DNA of 64,000 bases from Nageia nagi. Taxonomy: Eukaryota; Plantae; Pinophyta. Below the pieces are notes generated by a model that made no database searches, was not told the origin of the DNA, and saw only the letters and a program-made list of their open reading frames with translations. Shown here one piece after another: positions 51,101 to 63,988 of this stretch. Made by a program: the position numbers and the translations under genes. The stretch covers positions 16,740,001 to 16,804,000 of the forward strand of contig JBITNC010000002.1 in the NCBI GenBank assembly GCA_050084985.1. Direction: 5' to 3'. Numbering within the stretch: position 1 is the stretch's first letter; the number at the start of each line of letters is the position of its first letter.

Positions 51101-54100
51101 ACATAAAGGAAGTTAAACAGACTGCCAAGCAAATCACAAAGATAAAAAGTAGCACCAAAAATAAGTAGTGCACAAGAATTTTGACATCAACCTTTAACAG
51201 AAGAGGACCAAAAAACTCAAGAAACGCCATGAACGGTACAGTAGGCTTTGGAGGAGAACGGCAAGCATAATCAATTTTATGAAACCTTTTTTTAAGGACA
51301 TATGATGAGCAAGATATTGAAACTCGTAACAATACTTCAGCCTTGATATGCATACTTCTAATTTATATGTCAAGGCATCTCTCTCATATACGAACCATAG
51401 AGTTCACTAGCTACGCAATGTACACGGTACTAATAGAGGTAAACAATGGATAGCTGAACTGCTCCTCTTAGACCCCAAAAATACACAAAGAAATCCAACA
51501 ATTCCCACTAATAACAGGATAAATTTGTGACTTACTTTAATAATTTCCACAACTAGCAATTATTCAACACAAGACTCAATTGGCATAACTGGGACAGCAA
51601 AATGACTGTAATCTACAACTTATGAAGAATAAAATAGAGAAGGCTTCTGCGCCCCAAATGTCTTGTTAGTTGTTGCTATAGCATCTGGTAATAATCCTAC
51701 TCACAGTAATGCAAATACTATAAACAAACACAAAAATTCGGTTTTAGTGTTTGTTTGACTAATTTCATTAGGTTTCTAAGAAACATGCACTGCATAATGT
51801 CAAACCAAAAAGTCCAAAATTACCAATTAGTAAATCATTGCTTGCACATCATGTCTTTATGATTTCATACAGAGGTTTCAGTAATCTGTGGTCAGAAAGG
51901 TCAAGAAACTTGTGATTTTGAAGACTTTCAAGGATGTGGTTAAGCACATCAAAGATCATACAGATTCATTGATGTCCTTATTTGCACAGCTCTAACTCTT
52001 CCACCCTTTCAAAATTAGACATTTAAAAAAATTCCAAATAACTAATACATGCTTTTGTGTAAATGTTCAAACATTAATTCATGTTCTTATTCTTTATGAA
52101 AAAGCAAATGATTCAGTACCTTTCTCTTGGTAAGGGTGTTCAAAGGAATCAAAACCTTTGGCTGTCGATAATTCCTTCCACGATACATGATAATGGTCTT
52201 GACATTATGTATGTTAATCACAATGCCACCACTCAACCTTGCTAACATAGTGGCCATCTCTCTGATTTTCTCCTTGGGAAAGTTATCACAACATACTTGG
52301 ACAGTTTCGTGGAACTTCCAATGCATATGCATATTCTGAACCACACCTCCAAATACTCCACGCACTCCAACTGGAACATAGTTCTGATTTTTATAACCAA
52401 TTTTTTTCAATGCTTGGAGCTGCTCTGGTGTCAATAACTCTGGATCATGTCGAGGTGGAGGAAGCTCAGGTAACTCATATTTCTTCAATTTCTGTAACAA
52501 TAAAGCCACCTTTTTCTTGGCCTTTTACAGTGAATGACGAGTGCAAAAAAGAAGAAATTAGTAAATAGTTAACGTGAACATAAAATAAGAACCTAAAAAC
52601 ACAAAATACAATCATATACCATAACCGTGTCAATCTTACTACAAAATAAGGGGGAAAGAGAAAATAGCATTTCACAATACAAATACCTAATTAGGTTTAA
52701 GCATAGCTCCTAAAAATAGTATTTAAACAAATCATGAAGGAGAGAAAGTAGAAATCAAATGAATAATAAACCCATCTGCAAAGGTCGAAAGTTTAAACAG
52801 AATATGCAGAAACAAGAAGTGCAGCTGTATGAGGTAGAGTAGGATAGGATATTCAGTTTTACCTTAATTAAGAACAATGTTCAGGTTAGAACTTCTTTAA
52901 AGATTAAATGTAAATGTGCTAATTCTTCCTTTTATTTGCTTGTTTGCAATATGAGCTTTCCCACAAAAATAACAATTTGTTATTCAACAAAATTTTGCAA
53001 TTCTTGATTTAGAACTAAGCTGAACTTACCCTATAGGATAAACACGCATTGCACTCCATTACGAAGTACTCTTCAGTCTCCACAAATCCCTGATCCATAC
53101 TTGACACAAAGCTCCCTGCCATCGCTTAATTTTCCCACCACCTGACTTTATTTATCTATCGTTTTGTCTTGGCATAAGCCCAAACATTCTGCTCATATGT
53201 TGGTTGTAGACATTCGTATAAATTTCCAAGTGCTTGTAACTATAGAATAAAAAAACTCTGTTTAAACACGTATTTTCAGTAGTCCCAAATTTTACCGTAT
53301 TTTTAAAATACTTACCTTCTATAGTAATTTTGACATTTTTTCCTTTTTTTTCTGCTGTCTTTGACATTTTTTTTGTATTTGGCCCCAGGCCGTATTTTCA
53401 AAAAAGTGTACTTTTATTCTATGCTTGTAACCTAAGAACAATGATCATCTGATTTTGTAACTTCTATTTTTCAAAGCCTAGTTTCCTGTAACCATATCCA
53501 TAGATTTCGCGTTGTCAAATCAACCACCTCAATCTCTACAGTGCATATTTTATCAACAATTTGTAGTATTGCACTTTGCCCATTTGTATACTCTCTAAGC
53601 TCATCTACACAATCATACAAATCAAGCTGAACAAACTTTAGAAATATGGCATAAAGGATTTACTTCCACTCTTCACAAGTTTGGATTCTTACAGGAAGCT
53701 TGGGAGACCTTAGAGGTGACATTCTTTTCTATGAGATACATATGCTAAGTAGTGGATGAAATGCAATTGTGGCACAGTCATGCAAGTTTGATGGAATTCC
53801 AAACCACACACTATGGTTCCTTCCGTTTGTGATCTGCCCCAAACCAGATAGTGCATATTTATGAAAGAAATGCAGAAAGTTTAAAGTTCCCAACAATTTT
53901 GCTATAATAGATGATCCAAGAGGATCCAGTTGATCGCTAATAGAAGTAGTCAACACCTTCAGATAGCTTCAAGTTTTCATTGAACTTTTAATCTTTGGCC
54001 CAATTTTGTAGATAAGTCACTCTATGGTAATGGAAGATTCATACTTTGCCATTGGTTCATACTAATTTTTGGTGGATTCCATCCTCCACAGCGGAAACTG

Positions 54101-55433
54101 GGTGCAGGAGAACAGTGAACAGACACCAATTATAATTCATCATTTCGTATGTTTCCAAGTTACTTATGCGCCAGGAGACGCACACAAACCTCCAGGACAA
54201 CCAACAGGCTTAGCACCATCTACAAAATACATGCCTCTTTCTCCAAGTCTTCAGTCTAGAAATAATATTAAAATAACAAACTCTCAAAAATCATAACATC
54301 AAAGAGGAATATATCACTCCACACATAGATATCTTAGTTTGTAAATCTCTTCAACTTCACTAGATCTGGTTTGTATAATACACATGTATACAAATATATC
54401 TGTTTACTCACATGTCTCTATTGTACTAAATTCTTGAACAAAGTTTTGTTTATAAATGTTTGTTTCTTAATACAAATCGAATTCCCAAATTTGATGTGCT
54501 GTTCTTTGGATGCAGCCCACCAGTCCGGAACAGCAGATATCCCTGTAACTTCATATCTAGAATGATGAAAATGATTTCTTTAAGTTCAAGTGAAAATTAT
54601 TTCTTTAAGTTCAAGCCAACCAAACTCACATATTAACACATGAGACAGCTTTTGTTGTAACAGTAGGGACTTCTAATTCCTAATCTTACCGATGTATTGT
54701 TCCACAGTAAATATATTAAAAATATATGTCATACATGTCATTTCTATGCCACAGCTTAGTTCATCAAAATGACCCGTTGACAAATTTGTGGTAAATCAAG
54801 CGTTTGACAATGCCATTGGAGTACTTTGAATCTCTAAAATTCATGGTTAATTAGGCTTTTCACAATCCGTATAAGCAAAATGAATTTTCGTTATGTAATG
54901 CAACCCAACACACAATAAACTAATAGAAATAAGAGGAGGAACAAGAGTAGCTACAGTAAATTGTGAATACCCTTCTTAAGCTAAAAATAAGGCGCTCCTC
55001 TTCGGTCATGAGTTTTTTCCTCAACTTCTTTGCTCTCCGAATTTCTCTGAGAGTCTTCCCTGTTTCTCTTCTCATCCTCTTCTCCACTCTGCTTCTTATT
55101 CCTGCTGACATGCTGCGGCACCCTCCATTCCAAAACACCCATGGGAATTTGTTGGGCATGCATTCAGCTGCCTTTCTCTCTTCAACTAATTCATGTCTAA
55201 ACGCAAAACCCAGTGAAGGAATTCGATTAGAAGAAGCCTATTAGAGGGTTTTGTGGGGTTTTAGAACTAGTTTTTCTTTCTTCTTCAATCTGAAGTAAAA
55301 AAATCAAGAGGGCGTACATTTACCTGCATTGGGAAGAGGACGAAGAGGGTGTTGATGATATAGTCGATAGAAGGGTCCAAGATTGTTGTGCAGCTCGGCA
55401 AATTGAGCGCCTTCCCAATGCTGCAAATGCCAT
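31929..55433 (-). CDS. CFM9: CRM-domain (CRS1/YhbY) RNA-binding protein, CFM9-like group II intron splicing factor, probably mitochondrial; join(55433-55324, 55196-54971, 52521-52120, 33131-31929), 646 aa
   Basis: All introns are GT..AG with consistent phases (110+226+402+1203 = 1941 nt). The spliced protein reads ...LIFSLRR|[18 protein letters not shown]...[25 protein letters not shown]...YRGRNY...TLTKRK|[15 protein letters not shown], matching my recollection of Arabidopsis At3g27550/CFM9. Confidence 0.88.
33990..37469 (+). mobile_element. Probable retroelement-derived insertion in intron 3 with a decayed ORF of unknown function (~34979-36660)
   Basis: GCGACTA/TACTCGC repeats at 34390-34780, then a chain of ORF pieces (35195-35497, 35484-35702, 35677-35889, 36144-36368, 36454-36660). 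LTR-like end ...AAAAAATCTCCAACA. No TSD found. Confidence 0.45.
39733..40929 (+). mobile_element. Solo LTR A (1197 bp)
   Basis: TGTGACG...CTTTACA with a perfect TSD CAAGC (39728-39732, 40930-40934). The empty site is present in the duplicate at ~13326. Confidence 0.93.
41970..46140 (-). mobile_element. Inner Ty1/copia element, 5'-truncated (gag end, protease, integrase, RT, RNase H, PPT, 3' LTR remnant)
   Basis: [61 protein letters not shown] at ~42292-42300. Left boundary approximate. Confidence 0.92.
44384..45318 (+). mobile_element. Solo LTR B (935 bp), same family as solo LTR A, splitting the inner copia integrase
   Basis: TGTGACG...CTTATA (CA decayed to TA) with TSD TAAAA (44379-44383, 45319-45323). 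Removing it restores [17 protein letters not shown]. Confidence 0.92.
46400..49858 (-). mobile_element. Outer Ty1/copia element, 3'-truncated (5' LTR ~49638-49858, PBS, gag, protease, integrase)
   Basis: Perfect tRNA-iMet PBS TGGTATCAGAGC at 49636-49625, gag ORF 48694-48948, integrase ORF 46526-46789 ([17 protein letters not shown]). Confidence 0.88.
47201..47978. mobile_element. Possible hAT-type non-autonomous insertion within the outer copia
   Basis: A non-coding block that interrupts the pol remnant. It starts CATAGTTGTCAGAC, with ACTCG/CGAG repeats near both ends. The right TIR and TSD are degenerate. Confidence 0.45.
52120..52521 (-). CDS. CFM9: CFM9-like exon 3 (CRM domain)
   Basis: 402 nt, phase 0/0; contains GxxG-like GVRGVFGG and YRGRNY. 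Confidence 0.95.
53241..53423. mobile_element. hAT-type MITE (183 bp) in CFM9 intron 2
   Basis: TIRs TATAGAATAAAA / TTTTATTCTATG, a perfect 8-bp TSD CTTGTAAC (53233-53240, 53424-53431) and three CGTATTTT subterminal motifs. Confidence 0.9.
54971..55196 (-). CDS. CFM9: CFM9-like exon 2
   Basis: Acceptor TTTTGCGTTTAG|A fits phase 2. Encodes [36 protein letters not shown]; donor AGG|GTATTC. Confidence 0.88.
55324..55433 (-). CDS. CFM9: CFM9-like exon 1 (putative mitochondrial presequence)
   Basis: [36 protein letters not shown] is R/S/A-rich with no acidic residues. Donor AG|GTAAAT, phase 2. Not in the ORF track. Confidence 0.75.
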
Positions 55434-56608
55434 CTTAGAATTTTTTTATCCCAAATTACAATTCATCTCATGTTAATGCACCAATTAACACTATTTGCAG
55501 ATCCAACAATACAGAAGAAAATGTTTCTTCCGCATGAAGAGATGAATAAAGAGCGTCTTTGAGATTTCTAGCATTAGGACACCGAGTCTCTGTGTTGGTT
55601 GCATTTTTCGTTTACTATCTGTGCATTGGTAGTTTGTAATAAATTTAGGTTTGTTTGCTTTAAATTTTGAAAAAGAATTTGTATTCCTAATCTATTTTAC
55701 ATTGGATTGTTGTAATGAAATTTTCAGGTCATTCTAACGTAGAGGAGAGGATCTTTACATTGAAAAAGGAGTGGATAGAATATATCACATTTTAAAATGT
55801 TTTTACATTAATTTTAACTTTAAGTTAGGAAAGCTTTAAAAATGTGTAAAAATAATCGTTGCCCTTAGTTCAACATAACAATTTCTATGATTAAAAAATT
55901 AAAATATAAGTGTTTAATGATACTTGGTTACATATATGTATGCAAGTAGATAAAATGGTAATAGAGTTGAATCATCTACATACTTTGCTAGAGTATTGAG
56001 GAAATATTCCATGTGCTATTAGTTGGTTCCTTCGGATTAGTTACCACATGACCACTTTCGATCTTAATTGCGTTGGTGCCCTTCATCATGTGGTCAATCC
56101 TAATTTGTTGGCCAACATTAGTCGAAACTCTCCTTGGAGTGATTTCACAATCATGTGTCAACTCTTCCCAATAGCATGGTGGGTGGGTTGCATTGCTTGA
56201 TCTTTCTGGAAACGTTGTGGAGTGGGGAGATAAGAGCATTAATGGTTCTCTAGATCATGTTATTGATGGACTTTGCACCCAATGCATTCATCACCCACAT
56301 ATGGCTAGGGGACATAGGAATAGTAGTTAATGATGGCATGCACAAAGGTGATGGGTGGGACATTTAGTTGATTCCATCTTAATTTTACATCTTTTCAAAT
56401 TTGGTACTTTAGCTACATTTAGAATCATATAATTTGATGAACAGTTAAACATATATATATTATATTAGATTTTCTTTTGTATAAGAGAATTATCATATCA
56501 TATTTGCATTTTATATTGTTGATAAATTAATATATCGATATCATCGATTGATTTAATATATATTTAATAGAAATTTTATCTTTTCGTATGTTATGTCTTA
56601 CATCTCAT

Positions 56609-58512
56609 TGTTAAGATCTTACATATAAAAATAAAATTTGAGCATGGTTTGCAAAGAATCTTAATGAGAAAACTCAAGGCAATCACACAAACATATAAGA
56701 GAAGAGACAAGTTTAATGCGGTTCACCTAGTGTAGGCTACATCCACGAAGAAGCTTTTAGTCCTTAAACTGAATCACCCCCAAGCAACCAATAGATACAC
56801 CAATAACCACTTGTTGTAACCTTCTTCTTAGTTTACAAGAATCCTCAATATAAACAAAATATTTGTTTATCAAAACCACAAACTTCACCTAGCTTTGCCT
56901 CTCACAAATTAGAATACAAAACCTTGGATTTATAAGCAAGTTTCAATCTTATTCTTAGTCCATTATGGAGCTAAGAATCCATGCAAAAATGGCCATACAA
57001 GATGTAACCCCTATCCTACAAATTAAGATATGAAAGAGAGTGGTTTGACCATCCCAAAATGCAGTTTAATCCCATATGGATCCTAATCGAATACCATCAG
57101 ACTGATTAGGATAACAAGATTATCCACCATTAGATTGATTGCAATTTATTCCTAGATCGATCATTCAACTACAATTACACTATAGCTAAACCATAGCTTA
57201 TCCATAGGCTAACTATAGTTGATCGGCAACCTCCTAACTAATTAACCCTACAGATCGGCCATGTGAATGTCGATTAGAAAATAAAGAGTAACTCTCTTAA
57301 CTTAGCCCATGAATCAAGCTCTATTCTCAATAATCTCCCACTTGGAGGTTAATTCCATTACATTGGACCACAATCTAAGATTGAAAAACTTCTCATTGTG
57401 ACCTCTTATTCGTTGAGATCAAATAAAATTGGGAGAACCCCCAATTCCTCCTTAGAAATTGCATTTTCCCTTTCACTTTTATGTTTTATGAACCCCCGCT
57501 GATCTATGCCTCTCACTCTATAGATCATACCATCACCTTGTGCAAACCCTTTTCTTTTAAGTCTTTTTTTGTATGAACATTTTCTTTTGTTTCCAATCTA
57601 TATACACAAACATCATGCACACCATCCATATCTTTAGGTAACTTATTCTTCCCAAGCTCCTACTCCTTAGATTTATCTTGCATAAAACACTCACAACCAT
57701 CAGTATATAACACATATGAAACTATGAGGAAATATTGACTTAACCTTACACATCTTTCAACATTGCTTAATGGAATTTCCTTATCCTGATGTTCAATACC
57801 TTCTTGCACCTTTTGTATCCATGTATTTTTTTTTCTTATCCTTAGAAACACCTTATCCAACGTTCTTCTTTTCATTAATCTTCACTTCACCTTTAAGCCC
57901 AAACTTGTGATGTCCCTTGATTTCATTCCCACTTATAGGAGCTAACTCCATAGCATTGTTAGAAGAGTTAGTAAAAAAATATAGTGTACCCATCATGTCA
58001 CCTCTAACAACAATCATGAAACCCTTAGACACCTTCCAAGTCTTATTTTTGAATGCCATCATATAACCTTTTCCATCAAGTTTGCTTGTCGAAATGAGAT
58101 TCCTTTTCAAATCTGGGATGTGCCTCACCTCCTTGAGAACCCACTAATTTTCATAAGGTAGTTTGATTTTTACCTTCCCCATACCAACTACCCTTCATTC
58201 CCATTAGTTTCTTATCCATCTTACTTTTTAGCCTGATAATCCCTCTTGAAATGTCCCTTCTATTTGCCATTGCTCCTACTTGATGTAGAATCTCTCACAA
58301 TAGATATGTTAAGTGCCCAACAAAGAAATAGCTCTAATAATAATTGTTAGGATATGATATATAAAAATAAAATCTAAGCAATATACCCTCTACTAGTTTG
58401 CAAAAGAATCTTAATAAGAAAACTAAAGGTAATCACACAAACACATAAGAGAAGAGACAAGTTTAATGTGGTTCACCCAATGTAGGATACATCAATGGAG
58501 AAGCTTTCAATC
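56609..58512 (-). mobile_element. Internally deleted non-autonomous copia (3' LTR 56609-57332; 5' LTR 58345-58512, truncated)
   Basis: Direct repeats 56609-56763 and 58345-58512. PPT CCAAGTGGGAGA near 57335, decayed PBS at 58331, and pol remnant RHIPDLKRNLIS...GTLY (57853-58128). Only ~1 kb of internal sequence. Confidence 0.85.
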
Positions 58513-59051
58513 TCTTAGAATATAAATGCATTATTGTAAATATTATTCTTTAGGAAGGTATCTAAAGAATGATATCTCCACTCTTCATATAATTGATTAT
58601 TTAATCCACTATATACTTAAAAGTATTCTTAAATACCTTTTACGTATTTAGTGAATTAAATATTCAAACTTGTCTCACATGTGACTTTTCTTATCCCTTG
58701 GATAATGGCATTCCCCTTGGGTAAAAAGGTGAGCCAAAGTGAGATTTTTTCCTATAAATTAAGGCCCCTCCTCATGCATTCTTCACTCTAGTTTGAAGCA
58801 TTACAATGCTCTTAATGCGAAAAATGATAAGAGAGAATGCTAGTGTAGGATTGTAAGAGAGTCTTGTATCTTGAGAAGTAATAGAATTTAACTTAAAGTG
58901 GAATCCTCTATTGATAAATAGGAACCACTATACTTTCTTACATGTTACTTGTGTGTGTAATTGATTAATAGCATTCTTAAGTTGTTGTTTAGAAGTAGAG
59001 AAACACTCAAAAGTGATCTTGGGTGTAGGAGCTTTCAAATGGTACCATATC
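58513..59051 (+). mobile_element. LTR (~58513-59037) plus decayed Met-type PBS
   Basis: Similar to the solo LTR 25834-26336 (AATGCATTATTGTAAA, CCCTTGGGTAAAA, CCTATAAAT). TGGTACCATATC at 59040-59051. Confidence 0.7.
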
Positions 59052-59646
59052 AATCCTTGGAGTCTCTTTTCTACTCTTCATTCAATATTGAGAGGTAAAA
59101 TCATATTGAGGATCATCTCATAATGTCTTCTAAGCATAGGAAAATAAGACACCCTATTGCAATAATGAAGGTGATCGAGAAAAGGAAGGATTGACTTTAG
59201 AATAAGGCAAAGAAGAGAGAAGAAGAAGTCAAGTCAAATAAATGGTCAATAATTGTAGAGCATATAAACCATACTAAATAATTCTTCAGAATCATCACAT
59301 AGCTCAACCAAATGAGTTGATGGCCATAGAGATGACCCATCCTCTAGATTTATATTTTCCTTAAGATAGTTTTTGTTTGTTACTTCTTGAGGTGTTAGGA
59401 ATCTTGTGTTAGAGCATGTTGTACAAGCTTCTAGAGCTTTACCATGTAAACTAACCATTGACCAAGGAAACTACTAACCCTTTATTGTATTATTGTTTCT
59501 TTTTTTAATGGCTCATTACAATGGAGATATGCTCAAGCTTAAGGTAAAATGCACTAATCAACAATCATAGATTAAATATTCTAACCTACAACTAATTTTG
59601 TTTTAAAATAATAAGTGCACTTGCAAACTACTAACACAATGAACAA

Positions 59647-59758
59647 ACAAAGTTACTAACTTGTAACTACAAAGTTACTAACTTATAACTACAATGTTAC
59701 TAACATGTAACTACAAAGTTATTAACTTACAAATTACAAAGTTACTAACCTACAAATT
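59647..59758 (+). repeat. 22-23-bp tandem repeat x5 (ACAAAGTTACTAACTTGTAACT)
   Basis: Units start at 59647, 59669, 59691, 59713 and 59736. Confidence 0.9.
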
Positions 59759-60129
59759 GCTATGATACTTACAACTTTAATTGCACAAATTTATACAAGT
59801 TCCTTACAATTGCAACAATGATGAACAAGTTGATTAACTTTAATACCAATTGGTTTAATTTAACATATTTGGTTACTTTGGTTAATACTACAATGTTGAT
59901 TGAAAAATTTGATTAGTTACTTGAGTTTGTTAACAACTGGTAAACTTGCAATTTATTGTTACAAATTTGTAATTTTTTACAAATTATAATATTGATGCTT
60001 TCTTAACATCTTGATCTAGTGATTGATCAACTTGCAATTTTTTTTGAAAAAGTCTAATGATTTCTTAATCTAAAATTACATTCGTATTTTTGAAAAAGTA
60101 TAATGCTTTAAAGTGATCTTCTTGTGTAT

Positions 60130-63100
60130 AAAATGGGTGCATATTTTATGCCAAAGCACATCCTCTATGGTTCCAATTATGGAATCTAGAAATCTTAGAT
60201 AAAGGCAGAGCTTTAAGCTCATAAACTTTAGCAAACTATTAGTGAATATCAAGTGGCTCCAATAGAAGCAAAAGCCATAGAGATTTACAACTACAAAAAA
60301 GAGTTGGATGCTTCAATGATTTTTTGTACTATCTCAGATGAAGTATTGCTTATAATCTTTAATGCAACTTCTACAAAAGAAGCTTGGGATCGACTCAAGA
60401 AAATCTATCTTAGATCAAAGTTTTCTAGAAGGTTCACTATCCTCCAACAACTTATATAGACTTATCAAGGGGAGGATGATAGTGTTGCAATACTTTTTAC
60501 CAAGATCATTGAACTTAAGACCCAACTTGCTAGTTATGGTTGTAATTGGATCAATAATGAATTCATTGCATTCATCATCCTTCAAAGCATCTCATTCAAA
60601 TTCACTCACTTTATGATTGTTATTGAGACTAGGCTAGATGATGAAGATGAATGCTTCTCTTTAGAGAATATATCAAGGATCCTCTTAAAGCATGAAGAAA
60701 ACATCAACAAGAAAGTTTTGGGGTCTACTCAAAAGGATCATAACATTACATTGGGAGCAACCAAGCCTCACTTCACAAAGAAGCATCATAAGAGGTTTTC
60801 TCATGCTCATAAGAATGGTAGGAAAGGTGGCAACCACGTGGAATTAAACATCATGAGGGAAATATAAAATCAATCAATTCTAATGGAAAGGCCAATTTTG
60901 ATTTGAATTATAACTTTTATGGTATTTATGGCCACAACGAGTCTCATTTCTTCAAGAAGAATAAAGAGGAAAATGGAAAAGGGAAAGTGAAATCAAACAA
61001 AGGAGAGAGAAAATAATAAAAGTACTTATGTTTGTGGCATTTACTCCATTTCTCACTCATTTTCAAATGATTGGATAGTAGATACAGGGTGCACTAACCA
61101 TATATGTTTTGAAAAGGACAAGTTTCAAAATTTTCACAAACATAAAAAGGATGGGGTTATGATTGGTGTCAACTCTGTACTTGAAATGCATGGAATTGGG
61201 AGCACTTTGATACATGGTAAAGTGATTGAAAATGTGCTTTATGTGCCTTAATTAAGAATGAATCTACTATCAATCATTCATGTGGCAAGAAAAGGATACT
61301 CCTTTGAGTTTACCTCTAACTCTTAGAGTATAAAGAAGGGTTTGGCCACTTTGATAAAAGGTTCTCTCAAAACTGATCTCTACATAGTTGATCAAGAGCC
61401 TACAAAAATGTGCCTAGCTACAAATGTTTACTCTAAGGAAAATCTTTGGCATCAAAGGTTAGGCCATATTAATCATAAAAATATTCAATTCATGAAAAAT
61501 CAAAATCTTGTGGAATGATTACCTTCAATCTCACCTACCATTGGCCTTTGTGAGAGTTGCACCTTAGGGAAGATTGAAAGACAAAAGTTTGAGAAGGATA
61601 AGGAAACAAGAGCAAGTTAACTTCTCCAACTAATTCATTTAGATTTGATGGGTCCATTTCAAGTTAAGTCTCTTAGAGGAGCATCATATGTCCTTACCTT
61701 CATAAATGACTTTAGTATAATGATATTTGGTTATCTACTTGAGCACAAAGATCAAACCTTTGAAATATTCGAAGATTTCAAAACCTTTGTTGAAAATCAA
61801 ACTAACCTAAGAACCATTATGTTAATATTAGAAAATGGGGATGAGTATATTAGCAATGAGTTAAATATTTTTTGTACAAGGCATGGAATCAAAAGATAAT
61901 TCACAATCCCTTATACCCCATAGCAAAATGGTGTTGTATAAAGGAAGAATAGGACCATAATGGAGATGGCTAGATGCATGTTGGGAAATCTTCCTAAGTT
62001 TCTTTGGGTGAAGTAGTGAGCACAACTATCTACACCTTGAATAAGTGTCCCATAAAAGTCGTTGAAGGAAAAACTCCTTATGAGGTATAGATAGGACTAA
62101 AATCTCTCATCTAAGGACTTTTAATTGTGAAGCTTTTTCCTTCATAGTTTCAGAAAAAGAGGAAGAAGTTAGATGATAAATATGAGAAATGCATCTTCGT
62201 GGGATATGATAGTCAACATAGAGAGTATAGGATTTACTCTCCTTCAGCAAAAATAGTTTTTGTTTCAAGTGATGTGAAGTTTAATGAAGATCTTAGTGAT
62301 TCTTCTTCAAGTGAAGTCCCTAAAGACCCTTCAAAATTACCTAAATGGTTGGATCATAATTCATATAAGTCACCAAAAGAGTAAAATTCTCCAATAAATA
62401 GGATAATTAGAATTATGACTTTACATAAGTCTCTTATTACCAAGATTGAAGGTCATAATGAATCTTTCAACTTTAGGGAGGCTTCTAAACATTCTTATTG
62501 GATGGATGCTATGAAGGTGGAATATGAAGCTCTTATGAAAATGGAACTTGGGACTTGGTTCCATATCCAACCATGATGAATGTGATTAGAAATAAATGGA
62601 TTTACCAAGTTAAGTTCAACTCAAAAGGTGAGATTGAGAAATATAAGGCAAGATTGGTGGCCAAAGGCTTTGCTCGGAGTTGATTATGAGGAAATATTTT
62701 CTCTAGTTGCAAAGATTTATACAGTTAGAATTATCCTTTCCCTTTCAGTATCCCAAGGTTGGAATATATTCTAACTTGATGTGAAGAGTATTTTCTCAAT
62801 GGTGACTTGGATGTTTAGATCTACATGAGTCATGCTAGGGGGTTTGTTATTATGGGAAAAGAATCACATGTGTGCAAGCTAAAGAAGTCCTTGTATGGAT
62901 TTAAGTAAGCACCAAGAGCTTGGTATAAGAAGATTTTAGGATACTTTGAGACTATTAGGTTCTCCAAATACTACATAGATTCAAATATCTATATGGTTAA
63001 TGAAGATAAAGACTTGGTCCTAATCCTTCTCTATATTGATGACCTTTTGATTATAGGAAATAATATGGATATCATCAATGAGTGCATATCTAAGCGTAAG

Positions 63101-63988
63101 TCAGAATATGAGATGACTGATCTTGGTCTCTTGCATTATTATCTTGGTATGCAAGTGTATCAATATAAGAATTCTACTTACCTTAATAAATCCAAATACG
63201 TCTCAAATATTTTACAAAAGTTTGGAATGGAAGAATATAAGCCTTTAGATATCCCAATGTCTCCTGGAATCAAGTTAGAGATTGGCTTGAACTTCGATTG
63301 GAAGATGCTATAATATATAGGCAACTTATTGGAAGTCTTTTTAATCAAACTATCTCTCAGCCAAATATTTCTTATGTAGTTAATATGATGACAAGGTTTA
63401 TGCAGAAAACTTATGTTGAGCATCTCTATGTGGCTAAGAAGATCTTAAGGTATATTATGGGAACTAAGGATCTTGCTCTCAAATAAACCAAGTTACATTT
63501 CTTTGTTCTTTTAGGATTCTCATATTCTTACTATGAAGGAAAAAAAGTTGATATAAAATCCACTTCAACTTATTTGTTCAACATTGGTTCAGGTGTTCTC
63601 TCTTGGTCATCTAAGAAGAAGCCTACTATCACTTTATCCATGACAAAAGTAAAACATAGAGATATGACAGTTACAGCCAAGATGTTATTTGGTTGAGAAA
63701 TATTATGTGGGAAATTGGGTTAATTGAACAATCTAGTCCTACTCAAATTTCTTTAGATATTCAATCAGCCATTGCTTTAGCAAAGAATCATGTCTATCAT
63801 CAAAGAATAAATCATGTTGAAATCCAATCATGTTTCATCAAGAAGAAAGTCTTAGATGGGACTCTACAACTTCAATATTATCTATCAAACTTGAACTTTG
63901 TTGATTTTTTCACCAAACCTCTTTCGAAGGCTCAATTTTGTAAGCTTAAGGATTCTATTGGGTTGGTGAAATTACCCTCAAGGGGGAG
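60130..63988 (+). mobile_element. Decayed near-complete Ty1/copia gag-pol with PPT at the window end
   Basis: KEAWDRLKKIY, WIVDTGCTNH, LWHQRLGH, KARLVAKGF, LYIDDL, VDFFTKPL. PPT AAGGGGGAG at ~63980-63988. Confidence 0.93.

Noticed and set aside
55290-55323. Alternative 34-nt first intron using the TTTTACTTCAG acceptor
   Set aside because: Too short, and it leads to in-frame stops. The acceptor at 55197 keeps the frame.
59647-59758. Palindromic short repeats resembling a CRISPR array
   Set aside because: The units are head-to-tail with no unique spacers, there are no cas genes, and the context is a eukaryotic retroelement.
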